Positions 26,021 to 39,405 of a DNA stretch of 64,000 nucleotides are shown piece after piece (the first letter of the stretch is position 1; each line of letters begins with the position of its first letter). The DNA is from Moniliella sp. 'wahieum'. Taxonomy: Eukaryota. The stretch lies in assembly GCA_003971905.1 (NCBI GenBank), contig RSEE01000025.1, positions 682,001 to 746,000 on the forward strand. The letters run 5' to 3'. Under the pieces are notes generated by a model, which saw nothing but the letters and a program-made list of their open reading frames with translations, searched no databases and was not told the DNA's origin. The position numbers were made by a program, and so were the translations under genes.

Positions 26021-27690
26021 TCAGGAATGAGTTTGGGCCAACTGCACCTTCAACCTGCGAATCTCCTTTTCGCGCTCAATCAGTACCGCCCGACCCTTTT
26101 CAATCTCATTCACAATCGCAATCCGCGCATTGTCCAACCGTCTTGCTTCGCCCAACACGGATTCTTGCGACAAGGCTTCAATCAGCTGGCCACTGACGCT
26201 GTGCAGCGGATGAGGGTGGTGCGGCACAGGTGGCGCCCCTACTTCTGCTTCTGTTTCTGCTTCTGCCTCGGCTCCGGTCTCCTCCAAAACAGAAGAAGGT
26301 TCGAGCGCGGCGATCGGTTCAACTGGCTCAAGCTCTCCTCTTGCCCCGTCCGCCTCACCCGGACCATGGGGTCGACTCCCCCCTTCTTCCCCGACAGCCG
26401 CGTCGGGCGGGTCAAGCTGCATGGCTTCCCCCCCTTGTTCGGGGTGCAGCGCCTCGCCCCTTCCGTCTCGGTAGACTCTTTCTTAATCCGTACCGGCGCC
26501 GCCGCCGTGGCCGGGGCCGCCGGTGTGTCGGTGGAGGCCGAAGTGGGAACGAGAGAGGAGACGGCGTCGGTCGAAGACGCCGTGTGGTAGGAGGGCGGCA
26601 GTGGTAGGCTGTGCAGGCGGCTGGGCGATTGGGAGGGGCGAGGTGGCGCGGCGGGATGTCTCCCTATTGGCGTGCGACAAGGCCCAGGCGGTGTAAATCC
26701 GTTTTTGCTCTTCGTACGTCGCATACACACTGGGATTGGCAAATGCCTCAGCGCTTGTGGCGGGAAGTGGGGTGGGAGGGTGAGCGATGAGGATGTCGTA
26801 GAATGCCTCGGTGGGCTCGGGAAACACAATCTCTTCGTACTGCCACGAATGGACCACGGGAACGACGACCAAGGACGAGGCCGCGGCCGGGTCAGGTAGC
26901 GACAGGATCGGTGCCACAGAAGTATCGGCTGATTCGGTACCGGGAAGAGGGTGGGTCGAAGGGCGCAACACGCCAATGGGGTCAGGAGGGATCGGCTTGT
27001 CCAACAACACGTCCGCCCACTCGTCCAGGGATGGAGCTTGAGATGGTGGTAAAGCGTGATGGGCTTCTCGTTGGCTTCCGGTACAAAGAAGATCTTGATT
27101 TGGATCTCAAACTCGCCCCAGCCCGTCTCGGTCACTTGAAATGGGGGTTTGTCCACATCTGCCGACACACATGGAGTTAACACATGCCGTCTCTCTGTCT
27201 CATCAAGCAGCCGTCAACAGCAAGGGGGAGAGCCACGTACTTCTCGTTGGTTGGGCATACGTCTCATGCAACTTAAACTGAACGCGGCGAATAAAGTAGG
27301 AAATGTCATCTTTGCCCCAATCATCTTGTGAAAGTCCAGCTCCGACTCGCGTCCGCGCGTCGAAACGCCCACGTGCGCAGCGGTCGTAGCAGCCACAGCG
27401 GCAGCGGCTGCAGGCGTAGAAGGGGTAGGATGGTGGCGCAATCGAGCTCCCACACCCCACGCACCAGGCGTGCCGCCTGTCGTAGGCGCATCCACTGTCA
27501 CCGGCGGCGGCGCAGCAAGCATCGGGTTGGACGCTGCGCTGCGCACAGCCACTGTCCACCGGTGGGTATGGTCCGGTGGGGACACCAGTTTCTCCGCCGG
27601 GCTGAGGGGCGTGGCAGTGGTGCCGACGATGATGGGGCGGCTGACAGCCACGCCGCGGATGCGTTTGACAGGCGGTTGAGGCGCAACCAT
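26021..27690 (-). CDS. YAF9: YEATS-domain NuA4/SWR1 subunit Yaf9; intron 27159-27240
   Basis: [82 protein letters not shown], and a C-terminal coiled coil. Confidence 0.93.
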
Positions 27691-28523
27691 GGGGCGATGG
27701 CGGTGGTGGTGGTGGTAGTAGAGCAACAGACAGACGCGTCTGGAGATGGGCCGTCCCGAAGACACTTGCTCTGTCCCGCCGCCTCCAGCCCACGAGCGGG
27801 TTCCGCTTTTTCCGCCCGACTACCCGCGTGTGCACTGTGCAGGCGGGAATAATGCGAGGCTAGCATGGGGCCGCAGGAGGTTGCGTTAGGCCTTCGGGCT
27901 CGCTAGTGCGGATGCGTGATGCGCACCAGCATCCCCCTTGGGACGAGTTGGTCCGTTCGCCAGGTACAATCCAGCAGGGTTGTTAATCTGGGAACGCAGC
28001 AGCACCGCCATCGCCGTGGCTTGGAGGCTGCTCGGGAGCGCCTGAGACGGGGAGATGCCGACGGGGAGCTATTATATCCGCACACAACTACTCGTTTGCG
28101 TGCGTGAGGCAAATCGCCCGCCAGATCTGTCCAGGCGTACACGGAGGACGACACAGATCCAATCTCCCTCACACGCGCTACGACGGTGGTGGTGAGGACA
28201 AACGATGAGATAGAACGATGAAGGCTAGAAACGGATGGAAGGGAGAAGAGACCAAGGGAGCCACACGGGTCGGACAAGATGCGAGAAACTGAGAGAGGGG
28301 GACAACACACCCTGAGGCCTTGAAGGCTGTAGGGAGGCACGACTGCAGAGCCACAGTGCCAATGGAGGATGGACAGGGCTGTGGGGACAACCAACATGGA
28401 CGGGAGGGAGGGGGTAGGAAAAGGGGAAGGGTTGTAATCGGAGACAAGAAAAAGGAATGGGGGGGCAGTCCCGTTCTTTCTCTGCACAGGACGGGGGGGC
28501 AGGTAGGTAGGATCAAGCAGCCA

Positions 28524-30149
28524 TCATGTGCATCTGGGAGACCAAGGGCTGAGGGGGGACCGGGTAAAATGAGCCTTGCCCATGATACGGGGGGAAGAGG
28601 GCACGTCCTTCCGCGGGATCACCACCTCTGCTCTCCGAGGATTGGGGGAAGATACCGACGCCGGCGGACTGAGGGGCGTGGCGGTGGAGGACAAAGGAAT
28701 ATTGAGCGCGGCCAAGTTGAGAACGGCGGCCTCGGGCGCGAGTGGGTTCGACAAACTTCGTGCCATCCGCGGCTCGTCGGTCGGATGACTCTGTTGCCGC
28801 CGCAGCACATCCAGAATCTTGTTCATATCGTACGGTCCCTTGGGCACGACAGCTCCCATAGGTGGAGGCTGGTGTGCCGGTTGGGCTTGAACAAGAGCAG
28901 GGGCGTACGCTGAGTCATCAACGTTCACTTCAGGTCGAACAGACGGCGGACCGCAGCGGGGACAGAGACAACAGCAGCATTGAGCTCGTGTTGCCGCACA
29001 AGCTCCCATAACCGTTCATTCTCACTTGTCAACGAACCGTGTTTGCTCTTGAGCTCCCCGATCGCCTCGTCCCGCTGCGCCAACAGATCTTCAAGTTGGG
29101 TAATGTACTCTTTCCTCCGTTCCCGAAAGTTGCGCGCCGAAATCTTGTTGCGCAGCTGCCGTTTCTCCTTGGACGAAAGCGCGCGGTACTCTTCTGCGTT
29201 CCGACGGTCCGCTAAAGCCACCGCTTGAGCCTGGCCCTCGCTAGATTGCACACTGGGCAGTGGAGCGTTTATGCGCAGTGACCTCGGATGGGGCACGTCC
29301 GAACCAGGAAGATGCGCGGCGACCTCTGGAGCTGACGTGCGTTCCCCACACACAACTGGCCCGACTTGGGACCCTTCCTCGTGCTCAGGGACAGCCTGGG
29401 TCTGCAACGCCTGGAGCTGCTGCGCGATCTGGTCCGCTAGCGTCATTTGGACCAAGTGCGGGTCGATCGAGTTGGGGTCCAAGCTGTTGGATAGGTCCAT
29501 AGATGGCTGTGAGATGGGAGGGAGTGCGAGCATGTCCGTGTCCTCCATCTCCATCTCTGGTTTCCTCGCTGCCCCCCACAGCGACCCAGGCAGGGTCAGT
29601 GTACCTGATGGGGACAAGGCGGGATGCAGGGGAGGGGGAGCGGGGCCAGTGAGTGCGGGTTCGGGCCGGAGAGGCACCGGTTGGGAGGCAAGTGGGCTCG
29701 AGGGTGCATCGATGGAAAGAGGCGGGGGGTCGAGCTCGTCAAGAGTCCAGCCAGACAGGTCGTCCTGCCCGGCGTCCTCAGAGAGAGTGGGCGTAAGAGG
29801 GGTGGGGTCGGGAAGCGGGGGTGGGGCAGAGGCCGTGGGGAGGGTGGCTGGGACGGGAGGGCTGGGGCGTGTACAGGGGAACTGGCAGGGGCTGGGAAGG
29901 GGTCGGCGAGGTACGCGGACCAGCTGGGTTGAGGTTGAGATTGAGGTTGAGATTGAGATTGAGGTTGAGATTGAGGCTGAGGTTGAGGTTGAGGTGAGAT
30001 TGAGGCTGAGGCTGAGGATGGGGCTGAGACGGAGAGGTGGCGTAGTGGGCACGGAGCGTGCGCTCGACGAGGGCGGGGGTGGGCTCGATGCCGTGGCGGC
30101 GGAGCTGGAGGATGAGGTGGTGGCGGAAGGTGGACTCGGGGGTGGCCAT
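28524..30149 (-). CDS. bZIP transcription factor (frameshifted; 3' end approximate)
   Basis: Basic region LSSKEKRQLRNKISARNFRERRKEYITQLE followed by a leucine heptad. Confidence 0.85.
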
Positions 30150-30280
30150 GGTGGTGGGGGGGGGGGTGGGGATGGGGAGGAGGCAAAGGAGGGCGGTGGG
30201 CTGAGGATGGAAGACGGCTGGTCGTGGGACACGGTGGATCAGCGCAGCCCACCCGGGTCCTTTCAATTTCATCGGGCGAG

Positions 30281-30336
30281 TGACTAGTGACTAGTGACTA
30301 GTGACTAGTGACTAGTGACTAGTGACTAGTGACTAG
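30281..30336. repeat. Perfect (TGACTAG)x8 array in the bZIP/MSP1 divergent promoter
   Basis: Eight exact 7-bp units read directly from the sequence. Confidence 0.95.
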
Positions 30337-30465
30337 TGATTAGGGACGCGATTATCGATTGGACACTGGTTACGTCAGCTGCTGATCCCACTCACCAGTG
30401 CGGTGGATCTGCCATCGGACGTCTCCCACATCGAAGCGCCCAATCAGTCGCTCACCCCCCCGGCC

Positions 30466-31746
30466 ATGAAGGACGCCACACGCAAGATCATTGGAGAGGG
30501 TTAGTACTCGCACCCATGCTTCTCCTCCTCTTCCCTCGGTCCTCCTCCTCCCCCAGCGCCTAACCACTCCCCCCCCCCCCCAGTCGCCGTCTTTGCCGTG
30601 TCGCAGGTGGCGTTCTACTACGCCTTCCGCTACATCCTCTCCTCCCTCGACCCCAACCGCTCCCAGCGCGCCGAAAGCAAGAAGGCCGCCAACGCCAAGC
30701 TCCAGCGCCTCGGCCTCGCCTCGGGCGCCTCCGAGCTGCTCAACCTCACCGAGCACGAGGAGCAGATCTCCTCCGAGCTCATCCTCCCCGACGACATCCG
30801 CGAGACGTTTGCCGACATTGGTGGCCTCGAACCCATCATCTCCTCGCTCCGTGAGAGCGTCATCGCGCCCCTCTGCTTGCCCCAGCTGTTCCACCCCGAC
30901 ACTGCGGCCGATGGCTCAGGGGTTGGCCTCCTCGGCGCGCCGAAGGGCGTCTTGCTCTACGGGCCGCCCACAGGCAAGACCATGCTGGCCAAGGCGCTCG
31001 CGAAGGAATCGGGTGCCACATTCATCAACATGCGTGTCTCCACGCTGACCAACAAGTGGTTTGGTGAATCCAACAAGCTCGTGGCTGCTTTGTTTAGCTT
31101 GGCACACAAGCTCCAGCCCAGTATCATCTTTATTGACGAAATCGACTCGTTTCTCCGCGAGCGCGGCTCCAGCGACCACGAGGTCACGTCGATGATGAAG
31201 GCCGAGTTCATGTCCCTCTGGGACGGTCTCACCTCGGGATCGGACCGCATCATGGTGCTCGGCGCGACCAACCGGCCGAACGACATTGACAGTGCCATCC
31301 TACGAAGAATGCCGAAACGCTACGCGGTCCCACTGCCCGATGCTACCCAGCGACGCAAGATTCTCAACCTGCTCCTGTCGCCCGACAACCACGTCTCCCT
31401 CGACAAGCAGTTCAACATGGACGCCTTGGTGGACCATACCGAAGGCATGAGCGGATCGGACTTGAAGGAACTGTGTCGGAACGCGGCCATGGTACCCGTG
31501 CGCGAGTTTATGCAATCGGCCGCGGGCAAACAACATTTAGAGGCAACCGTGCGCGCCAACCGAGACCGTCACACTACTCCCACCCACGCACCGTCTCCGT
31601 CCAACCCCGCCTCGTCCAGCCGCATCTTGACGCGTGCCCTGCGCAACTCGGACTTTTACGTCAACGATTCGGCTGCTACGCCACTGCACACACAGATGAG
31701 GGTACGCACAGACTCATCGGTGCCGCTAACGGAAGGGCTGGACTAA
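30466..31746 (+). CDS. MSP1: Mitochondrial/peroxisomal AAA+ dislocase Msp1/ATAD1; intron 30500-30583
   Basis: N-terminal TM segment, FADIGGL, KGVLLYGPP(-)TGKT, KWFGESNKLV, Walker B IIFIDEID, MMKAEFMSLWDGL, GATNRP and ILRRMPKR. Confidence 0.94.
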
Positions 31747-32787
31747 GTGCCGCCCGAGTCGTCGAGCCAATGACGGCAGTACGTTTAAGGGTGGGCGGTT
31801 AGTCGTGGTCTGTCCCCTGTTCCATATGGGAATGCCGAGACATGGGTAGTTTCTCAGGAGGACAACTCACCGGTTCCCGATCTGGGTATTGCGCATAGAT
31901 CGCATGTGGACAGAAGGTTGTGTCCACAGGCCGGGGCTGAGCATTTATTCCATTTGCCGGGCAATGGCTGGCCTCGTTGACAATCGTTTGGAACCCCCCG
32001 TTGAAGGGATGGGAATGAATGAGAGGCCACTGGAATGGAATCTGGACATCATGTCCTGCCATCGACATCTTCGTCTACCAGGACACATCCACAGGCCTGT
32101 ATAACTCGGACTAGCGCCTCACTAGTTATAAACAAACAAGCACCACGTACACACGCCAGTGATGTAGCCCCAACACTATACCACCTGCATCAAGGGCCAC
32201 GGTCTCGCAGCTGTTTTGTCCTTCATCTTTGCCCCCCTGATCTTGTCCTGCCTGCACCCACTGCTGGCCCAATTCAATGACAAGCAGGGCTCTTGTCCGA
32301 CTGTAGGGGGAGGGGGGCGGCCACGACAAAAGGGCGCGGCGACCTCTTTTACGCAATCAGCTTTTGCCCCCCCTCTGAAGCACTGCCGCCCCACCACTAT
32401 CACTTCTCAAGCTCTCTCGAATCGGCACTCTTTCTCTCCTCGTTTTCTTGGATTGGGAGCGGGGAGTCCTTTGCGAGGCGCACTTCATTCGTCCAAATCA
32501 TTAACAACGCGGCAGATCGTGGTCGCAGGAAAAGAAAGAGAGAGCGCACAGGCGCTTCTCTTAGCAATTCGAACAAAACAGCAATAACATGTAACAGGGC
32601 AAGGTGGGGGGGAGAATATGGATCAGTGACGGTCCTACTCAACCACAACCCGAGAGACAACGAAAAATAGTAGGATCATCGTCACACTCGGAGATCTATG
32701 TGGTGTAGAAGAAGGGGGTTCAAATCAACAATGCAATGGGTAGCAAACGAGAGTGGGGGAGAGAAAAAGAAAGGTAAATAGGGGATG

Positions 32788-35457
32788 TCAGGTATACACA
32801 ATGAAGTAGATAGTAGGGCTTGGGGTAAAAGGTGTCGTCGTCAGGCCACAAAACCACATCTTATGCACCATACTCCCATCATCGAATAGGAACCCAAAGG
32901 CGCGGATCTTGAGGCTCGAGACGGGAGACGGTTCTCTGTACTTGATTCTTCCTGTTGCTTCGCGTATGCAGCCCTCGCCTGTTTTCCTCTTCCAGGCAGA
33001 CACCTGGAATTGAAGGGCTTACCTTGTGCCCATTTTGCAGCAAAACGCTAGTCTGAATCAGCAGGAGAGTTGGCACTGCCGTCCGTGCCTGTCAGATTGC
33101 TCGTCGATCCCTTCCGAGTGCCCCGACCGCCTCCATTGGAATTCATGATAAACTGAGGGGGATACGTCCAGAGCGGATTGGGTGCAGCGGGGGGGAGATA
33201 CGGCAACGTCGGATCGGGAGGTTGGAAGGGTGGAATGGACGCCATGGCAACCGTAGCTGGCGTGGCAAATACCAGTGCCGCCCCGGGCGCGGGAACAGGG
33301 ATGGACAACTGCCATTGGTACATAAAGCCGTTTGGATCACCTCGGTGTTCCACAACGTCCCGTTGGACCAGTAGCCAAACGTTTGGTTCGCCCACCGTAC
33401 GTCCTGCCCCCATGCATTGAGCGACGGAGCTGACAAGATCTTGTACGTCATGTTTTCACGTTGGCGGGGGGCGTGATGAAGGCCGTCCAGATGTAGGCAG
33501 TGGAGTTGGCAGCTCCTTGGACAAAGTTGATCAACACGTACTTGTCCGGGAGCGGCGGCGCTGTCGTCGGGTTGGGTGTCGGTGGTAGCATGGTGGCAGA
33601 AGGGATCGTGCTCGGCCAATTGGACGGTAAGGGCAGGTTGTCCCAAATGCCATACGCGGCCACATTGTCGTTGGGAGCGTGCAAATCGGCCACGCGGACA
33701 CCCGAGTACGTGCGCAAGGAAGCGTCCGGGGTGGACGAGGTAGACGCTAACGCTTCAGCCGTAACCAGCAGCGCGTACCATGAGGGGGAGGTAATCCAGC
33801 CCAGCCCGGGCCAGAGGTGGGTGATGTTGGTTCCATGCGGGGGGGTAATGGCGTTGGTCAAATCGGGCTCACCATCACGGAATCCCTGGGTGGCTAAGAA
33901 CATGCCCGAGTGATTGTTGGCCGCCAAGGAGAGCGCTTGGTCGATCGCCCAAAGCGCCGAAATAAAGCCATCCGAAATTCCAGCCAAACCGCCACACTGG
34001 CCCGTACTCGTCTCGAGCACAATGAGAGGTACCTGTGCTTCCGCCGTCTGCCAAATCGCAGCGAGTTGGACTAGGCTGTTGGACACGGTTCTGGAATGGC
34101 TTTGGTACAGGCTCATCCCCTGTGGTGGGGGGGTCGTATTGCTGCATGTTTGTTGCGGATCTGTGCAAGACAAGAGGAGAAGAAAGTCACAAGGGGCATA
34201 GTTAGGCACAAATATATCCGCAACGTGTGTTGTGCCTCATCTGTTCCCTTTTCCCCATGGGGAAGGAAGTTAGTACTAAGAGGGGGAGAAACATACAGTG
34301 GATGTAAGTCGCTGCGGTTAGGTTGTCTCCTGCCGTTTGCAACAGACTTGTGGTGATGTTGGTCGTGGCATTCGTAAAGTTCAGGACATCTGACAAATTC
34401 CAATGGCAGCACACACCGGGTCCAGCAAACAGTCCCTTGGCTGGACGAAGGGAGGGAGGCACAGCAACAATGGCATCATGCATCATGTGGTCCCATTCCG
34501 ACAGAAACTGTTGCACGGAGTAGTTACTAGCACGGACAACTGCCTGAGGAACGGCAGAGGAAGAATTGGACGAGCCGGAATATGAGACAAGGTGTGAGGG
34601 TACATATCGGGTTTGTACCCTATCTCAACAAAGTCCAGGTTGGGACCCAAAGCTTCCGGGCCTGCACAACCTGTTGCCCCATGTTGTTCCAGTTGAGGAC
34701 AGAAGCCGACCCGTAAAGTCCCCCAGATTCAGCGACAGGCTGAAATGGGTGTCTACCGACTGGGCCAGGTACCGCAAAGCCCAGTACAGACCAAAGGTGT
34801 ACGCAGCCTGGGGTATGTCTTCTCCCATCGGAAGTGAAGGGGGATTGGGATTGGGATTGGGGTTGGGATTGGGATTGGGATTGGGGTTGGGATTGGGATT
34901 GGGATTGGGATTGGCTGGACTGGGAGAAGCGTTGGGTGGATTGACGCCTTGACGACGGGCAGGAGAGAGTGTTTCATCGACGAAGCCGTCAGAACCTGAA
35001 CCAGAACCGGAACCAGAGTCGGAGCCAGAGTCGGAGCCATCTTGATTAGAAATAATCGCAACCGTTGGGCACCGTACCGTTGATCAGGTCATAGAGAATA
35101 GGAAGGGAGAGGTTGGCACCAACGGTGGCGTTGAAGATAACCTCATCCTGGCTCGGGCCTCCCAGATGGACTCGCGCACCCACACGAGCACGCTGTTGCA
35201 CTGCCCCCAGGTAAGCCGTGAAGGCAGCCGAAATATTTACCCCGTCCGCTTTGGCATTGTCACTGTTGTTATCACTTGCTGAGTCGTTGGCCTTCTCCTT
35301 CCCGGGGCGTGGGGGCGCGGCCGCCAGTGAGGAAGGTGTCGGCGCTGCTCATCTCGATTTTGATGCCAAGAAAGTTGGGCGCGACTGGCAAACCAGGCCA
35401 GATTCCCGTCTCGTTGTCGCCACCGAGAGGGATGCCTACCTTTGTCGCTCCGATGGG

Positions 35458-35504
<47 letters not shown>

Positions 35505-35765
35505 AACATCCAACCCATTGCGGATCGTCGTGTAGTTCCACCCCACGCCATAAGAAGGGATAGGAGGAAAGGGAGGAGTAATGTTGGTTGGGTCCTGAGG
35601 GACAGGAGCCCAAGGCAGCGTAGGGGGCGCGAGGATGATCATATCACTCCCAGCATAGTCCGGCTTTGTCGTGACGGGCAGCCGACCAGGGCCTTTTTAG
35701 CGCCAACATGCGTGGTCAAGAAGAAGGGGAACACAGAAGCGGAACACGGGAAGGCGCAGATACAT
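32788..35765 (-). CDS. GH79-like beta-glucuronidase/heparanase (multi-exon, frameshifted; boundaries approximate)
   Basis: RVHLGGPSQD, nucleophile region IVLETSTGQCGGLAGISDGFISALWAIDQAL, PSWYALL, VAAYGIW, VLINF, and C-terminal VRWANQTF. Confidence 0.78.
34840..34912. repeat. (GGGATT/GGGGTT)n hexamer repeat encoding an Asn-Pro linker in the GH79-like gene
   Basis: About 12 tandem hexamers. The minus-strand frame reads NPNPNP into MGEDIPQAAYTFGLYW. Confidence 0.8.
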
Positions 35766-37284
35766 CGAGTGGTGCAGGTATGTCTGGATGGTGGAGAAGA
35801 GGGAAAGGTGAGTGAGAAACCGGAGTTGGGAGGAGTCCTATATGTGGGTCATAATCGGGATTCGGACACCCACGAAGCTACTACTGTTGGGGGCTGCGCT
35901 GTTGTGGAGCATCACAGGTGCAGTAGCAGCAGAGGGGCGAATGATTGTTTTCACATTGTAGGTGCTCAGATTGGCTCGGGGGCAGTAGCATCACAGTCGC
36001 AGAGGCTATATCTTCATCTGGATTCGTATTATCATTCGCCGAGAGCTTGTTATAAGGCCAGGGGGATAAAGAAACACTGCACCTACTTGGGACGCTCTCA
36101 TCCTCCCTGTGCCGTTTGCGCGTGCAATAACCCGATTAGGGAAACCAGGGGGTCGGCAGTAGGCTTGGATCCTCTGGCTGCCGCGCCATTCGCTTCCGAA
36201 GCCCTGATGCATAGTGGCGCGCATGAATGATACAACTGAGCATAGTAGTAGTGACGGAATTGTGAGCAGCGCGAAAGAACCATCTTCAACGAGGCCATGA
36301 GGGCGCCCTCTCGTATATAATGGCGCCTTACCTCCTCTCAACCATATGTATCTCGTTGCGAGCTACAAGTACCTTCAGTATTAGGCGGGAAGGTACCTCA
36401 CAGAGCAAATCGCCACACCGAGTGCGCGAGATGCGGGCGCTCAGACGGCGGACTACCGGTGTCAGTGTGGTCACTTGTATAGAACACACGATGGTCACGT
36501 GGCTAGCCCACGTACCACTAGGTTCTTGTCTCCGTCTCTGCCCTCCTGTATCTACCAGGCCGCTTAGGACTCCTCTGAACGCACCACACCATCATCTCAT
36601 CGTTCTCACGTTTTCCTCAGCAAACCGGTGGGCGCACCCTCGTCTGCCCATGGGTTCGAGCAGGCTCGAGCGCTCGAGCCATTCATTCATTGTTGCTGGG
36701 GGTTATATTGTGTTCGGCAATTGGGATATGTTGCTATCCCCCCTCGGCCCGACGGCGACGAGACCCGCTCGCAGGACATACACTTTTTTTAGTCGCCACA
36801 GCAGCCAGAACCAGGCAAAGCTCCCATCTCCGTGGGCATCGCCATCGATTTTTTTCCAGTCGATACGTAGGTAGGCGCTGGTGTTCTGACGATCTGGGGC
36901 GTCCACCGGATGCGGTCTTAGTGCTCGCTGAGGCGGGTGGCTGATGATGTCGATGACGCATAACGATGCAGATGATAACCCACGGGCACGGCGCCAGTCG
37001 CAGAGCATGCGCAGCCCCGCCACCTTCGCCGTGCGTCACATGTCACACGTCACTAGCACTCGTCAGGGTCAGGACCCAGGCCGCAGCTGGCGCAGCCCCT
37101 CTGAGCGGGCGCTCTGAGATCGAAAGTCTGTGCGCTGCCGAGCCACCCACGTAGAGCACAGCAGATGTCGGGTCCTCAGCCTGTATGAGCCTCATATACC
37201 AATGCCATGCCTCTCCTTCACGCCTCCACCTCCACCTCCACCTCCCCCCACATCCTCTGGATTTCGCTGCGATCACAGGCCAAG

Positions 37285-38110
37285 ATGTCTTCTTCTTCTG
37301 CCCCGTCTGTCCATGTCGACACCTTCCTCCCTCCCGAAGCCAGCGCCTATATGGCAACACACGCTCCCCTTCTCCAGGGATCCCTCGAGGAGCCTGCGCC
37401 CCAGTTCCTCCTCCATCTCCTCGAAACCTGGAAGAACGCTATCCTGGCCTTCGAAGCCCCAATGCCACATGGTTCAATTCCGAGCCCCCAGGCAAATGGC
37501 AGTTCAACATCACCAATCATACCTCTGTCCGCCCTGCCACTGCTGCTGCCTGGTGGTCTGCCCAGCTGGGTCCGTCCCCCCCTGCCATCCTACCCACTTG
37601 CTCCATCTTCTCATACTGACACGACACTAACTCCTGGTCTACCGTGGGGAGCACAGGAGAAGTACTGTATGAGCTGTGGCGCACGAAAGACGGCAATCCC
37701 AATGAGATGCGGATTATGATGGGACATGGGCCTGTGATCCCCAACATGTACTCCTCCCACATGCCCAAAGAGGAGGGAGAGAAGGTTCTCCAAGCAGCGC
37801 AATCGCCAAGAGAAGAAACACTGCACACTAGCTATCTCCTCGACCTTGTCCACGACCTCGACCATCTCGGGCTGGGCCACAATGGAAGTTCAATTTAACC
37901 ACAGCCGGCGCGCGTGGATGGCACCAGCAAAAAGCGTATTGGATGCGCATCTTACGTACGCCCATCTCTCCATCCCATCAGAATCTTAATCCAGGGGGCC
38001 CAGACTAACACAGCGGCGAATTGGTTGTGGCTACAGGCTTTCACTACACGATTGAGGTGTACCGCATCCCCATATCCGGATCGGAACAGGAACCTCCACC
38101 CGAGTCAGTC
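37285..38110 (+). CDS. Hypothetical protein (spliced, frameshifted; end uncertain)
   Basis: ATG after a CT-rich leader, protein-like segments (LLETWKNAIL, EVLYELWRTKDGNPNEMRIMMGHGPVIPNMY), and introns with ACTAAC branch points near 37570-37655 and 37955-38035. Confidence 0.4.
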
Positions 38111-39405
38111 CCGCTTCTGTCGAAACACTAGAGCAACGGCCGGGTCGAAGCGTCCATGGCGAGCTATGGTCTGCTATATGGTCTGCCAGCCAGTTAGCCG
38201 GTCAACAGTTCTGGCCAAAACGACACTCCCGTCGCTTCCGACTGGAGCTGAAGGTTTGAAGTGGCAGCATGTATGATGCACACGTGTTTTATTGCTGTTT
38301 TGTTTCTTCTGTAGTAACGCGTAACACCTCCAACTCTCCATCGATGCATGCATCAATGTCATGACTTGTGGGCTCGCCACCACCGAACGCACTTTGCTGC
38401 TCTGTTGAGCTCTAGTTTGGGCGTCACTATAGTTCACGGGGCACGCTCGCCTCCTGGACGTGGTAAAACGGCTATGCGAGGGTGAGACCAAAGTCCTGTC
38501 AAGAGAATGGAAGATCGTTTCTGGTAGGAAACAACACGAGGTATCGGGTAGGGAACAGAGGCAAAAGGGAAAGGGAAAAGCGAGAGATGCACCGGCTGCA
38601 GAATTGGAAATTGATGCGAGATCGATAACAATGTAGTATTTTTGGCCCTGGAGTTGCAGCAACTAGCACGACGTACAACGGGCGCGTCCCCTAATGATGT
38701 AGTCCTTTAATTACCGTTGGCAAAAACCATGCACCCCTTCCAGTCAGGACGCGGTTACAAGGGAGGCTTGCAGGTCTCACACGCTGGAGAACAACTCGAT
38801 GAAGGTGCAGCAATACACTACCCACTTATTAGGGAACCTAAGTAACCCATGAACTATAGGTGGAAGCTCAAACTATGAAGATGAGACCCTGAGGACTAGT
38901 GAGGGTGACCGATGATACCGGTAACGGTGATTCACTGTATAGTCCCATCAGTCATTGACTAATCATTCATCATTCCTCCTATACTTCGTTGAGCACTCCG
39001 TGGGAATGCACGTGGGAGGGATGCATGGGAGTGGGAGCGAGGGTGGATCAGGCGCTCAGGGCGCTCAGGAGAGCAGGCGCGACTGGCAGCCCCGTGGTGG
39101 TGGCCGACTAGGGACGCGGACAGAGCAAGCAGATGGCCACGGACACCCACAGCCCCTGGGAGATCAAGACACTGCCCCCTGCCGGCTCTTCGGGACGTGC
39201 GATCATATGGACCCTGGTTACCGTTTTCCGTCGGGCGCGCGAGTGGTTAGGTGAGCGCGCGAAAAGCTTCCCCCCACAACAGCCACAAGACACGCCCGAA
39301 TATAAAGAGGTCTCTGGCGTCGCTACTCCTGCCACGTCCTTTTCCACCACCCCTACACACTACCCCCCATCCTCAACTTCCTCGTCTCCCCGCAACTCCA
39401 CTATC

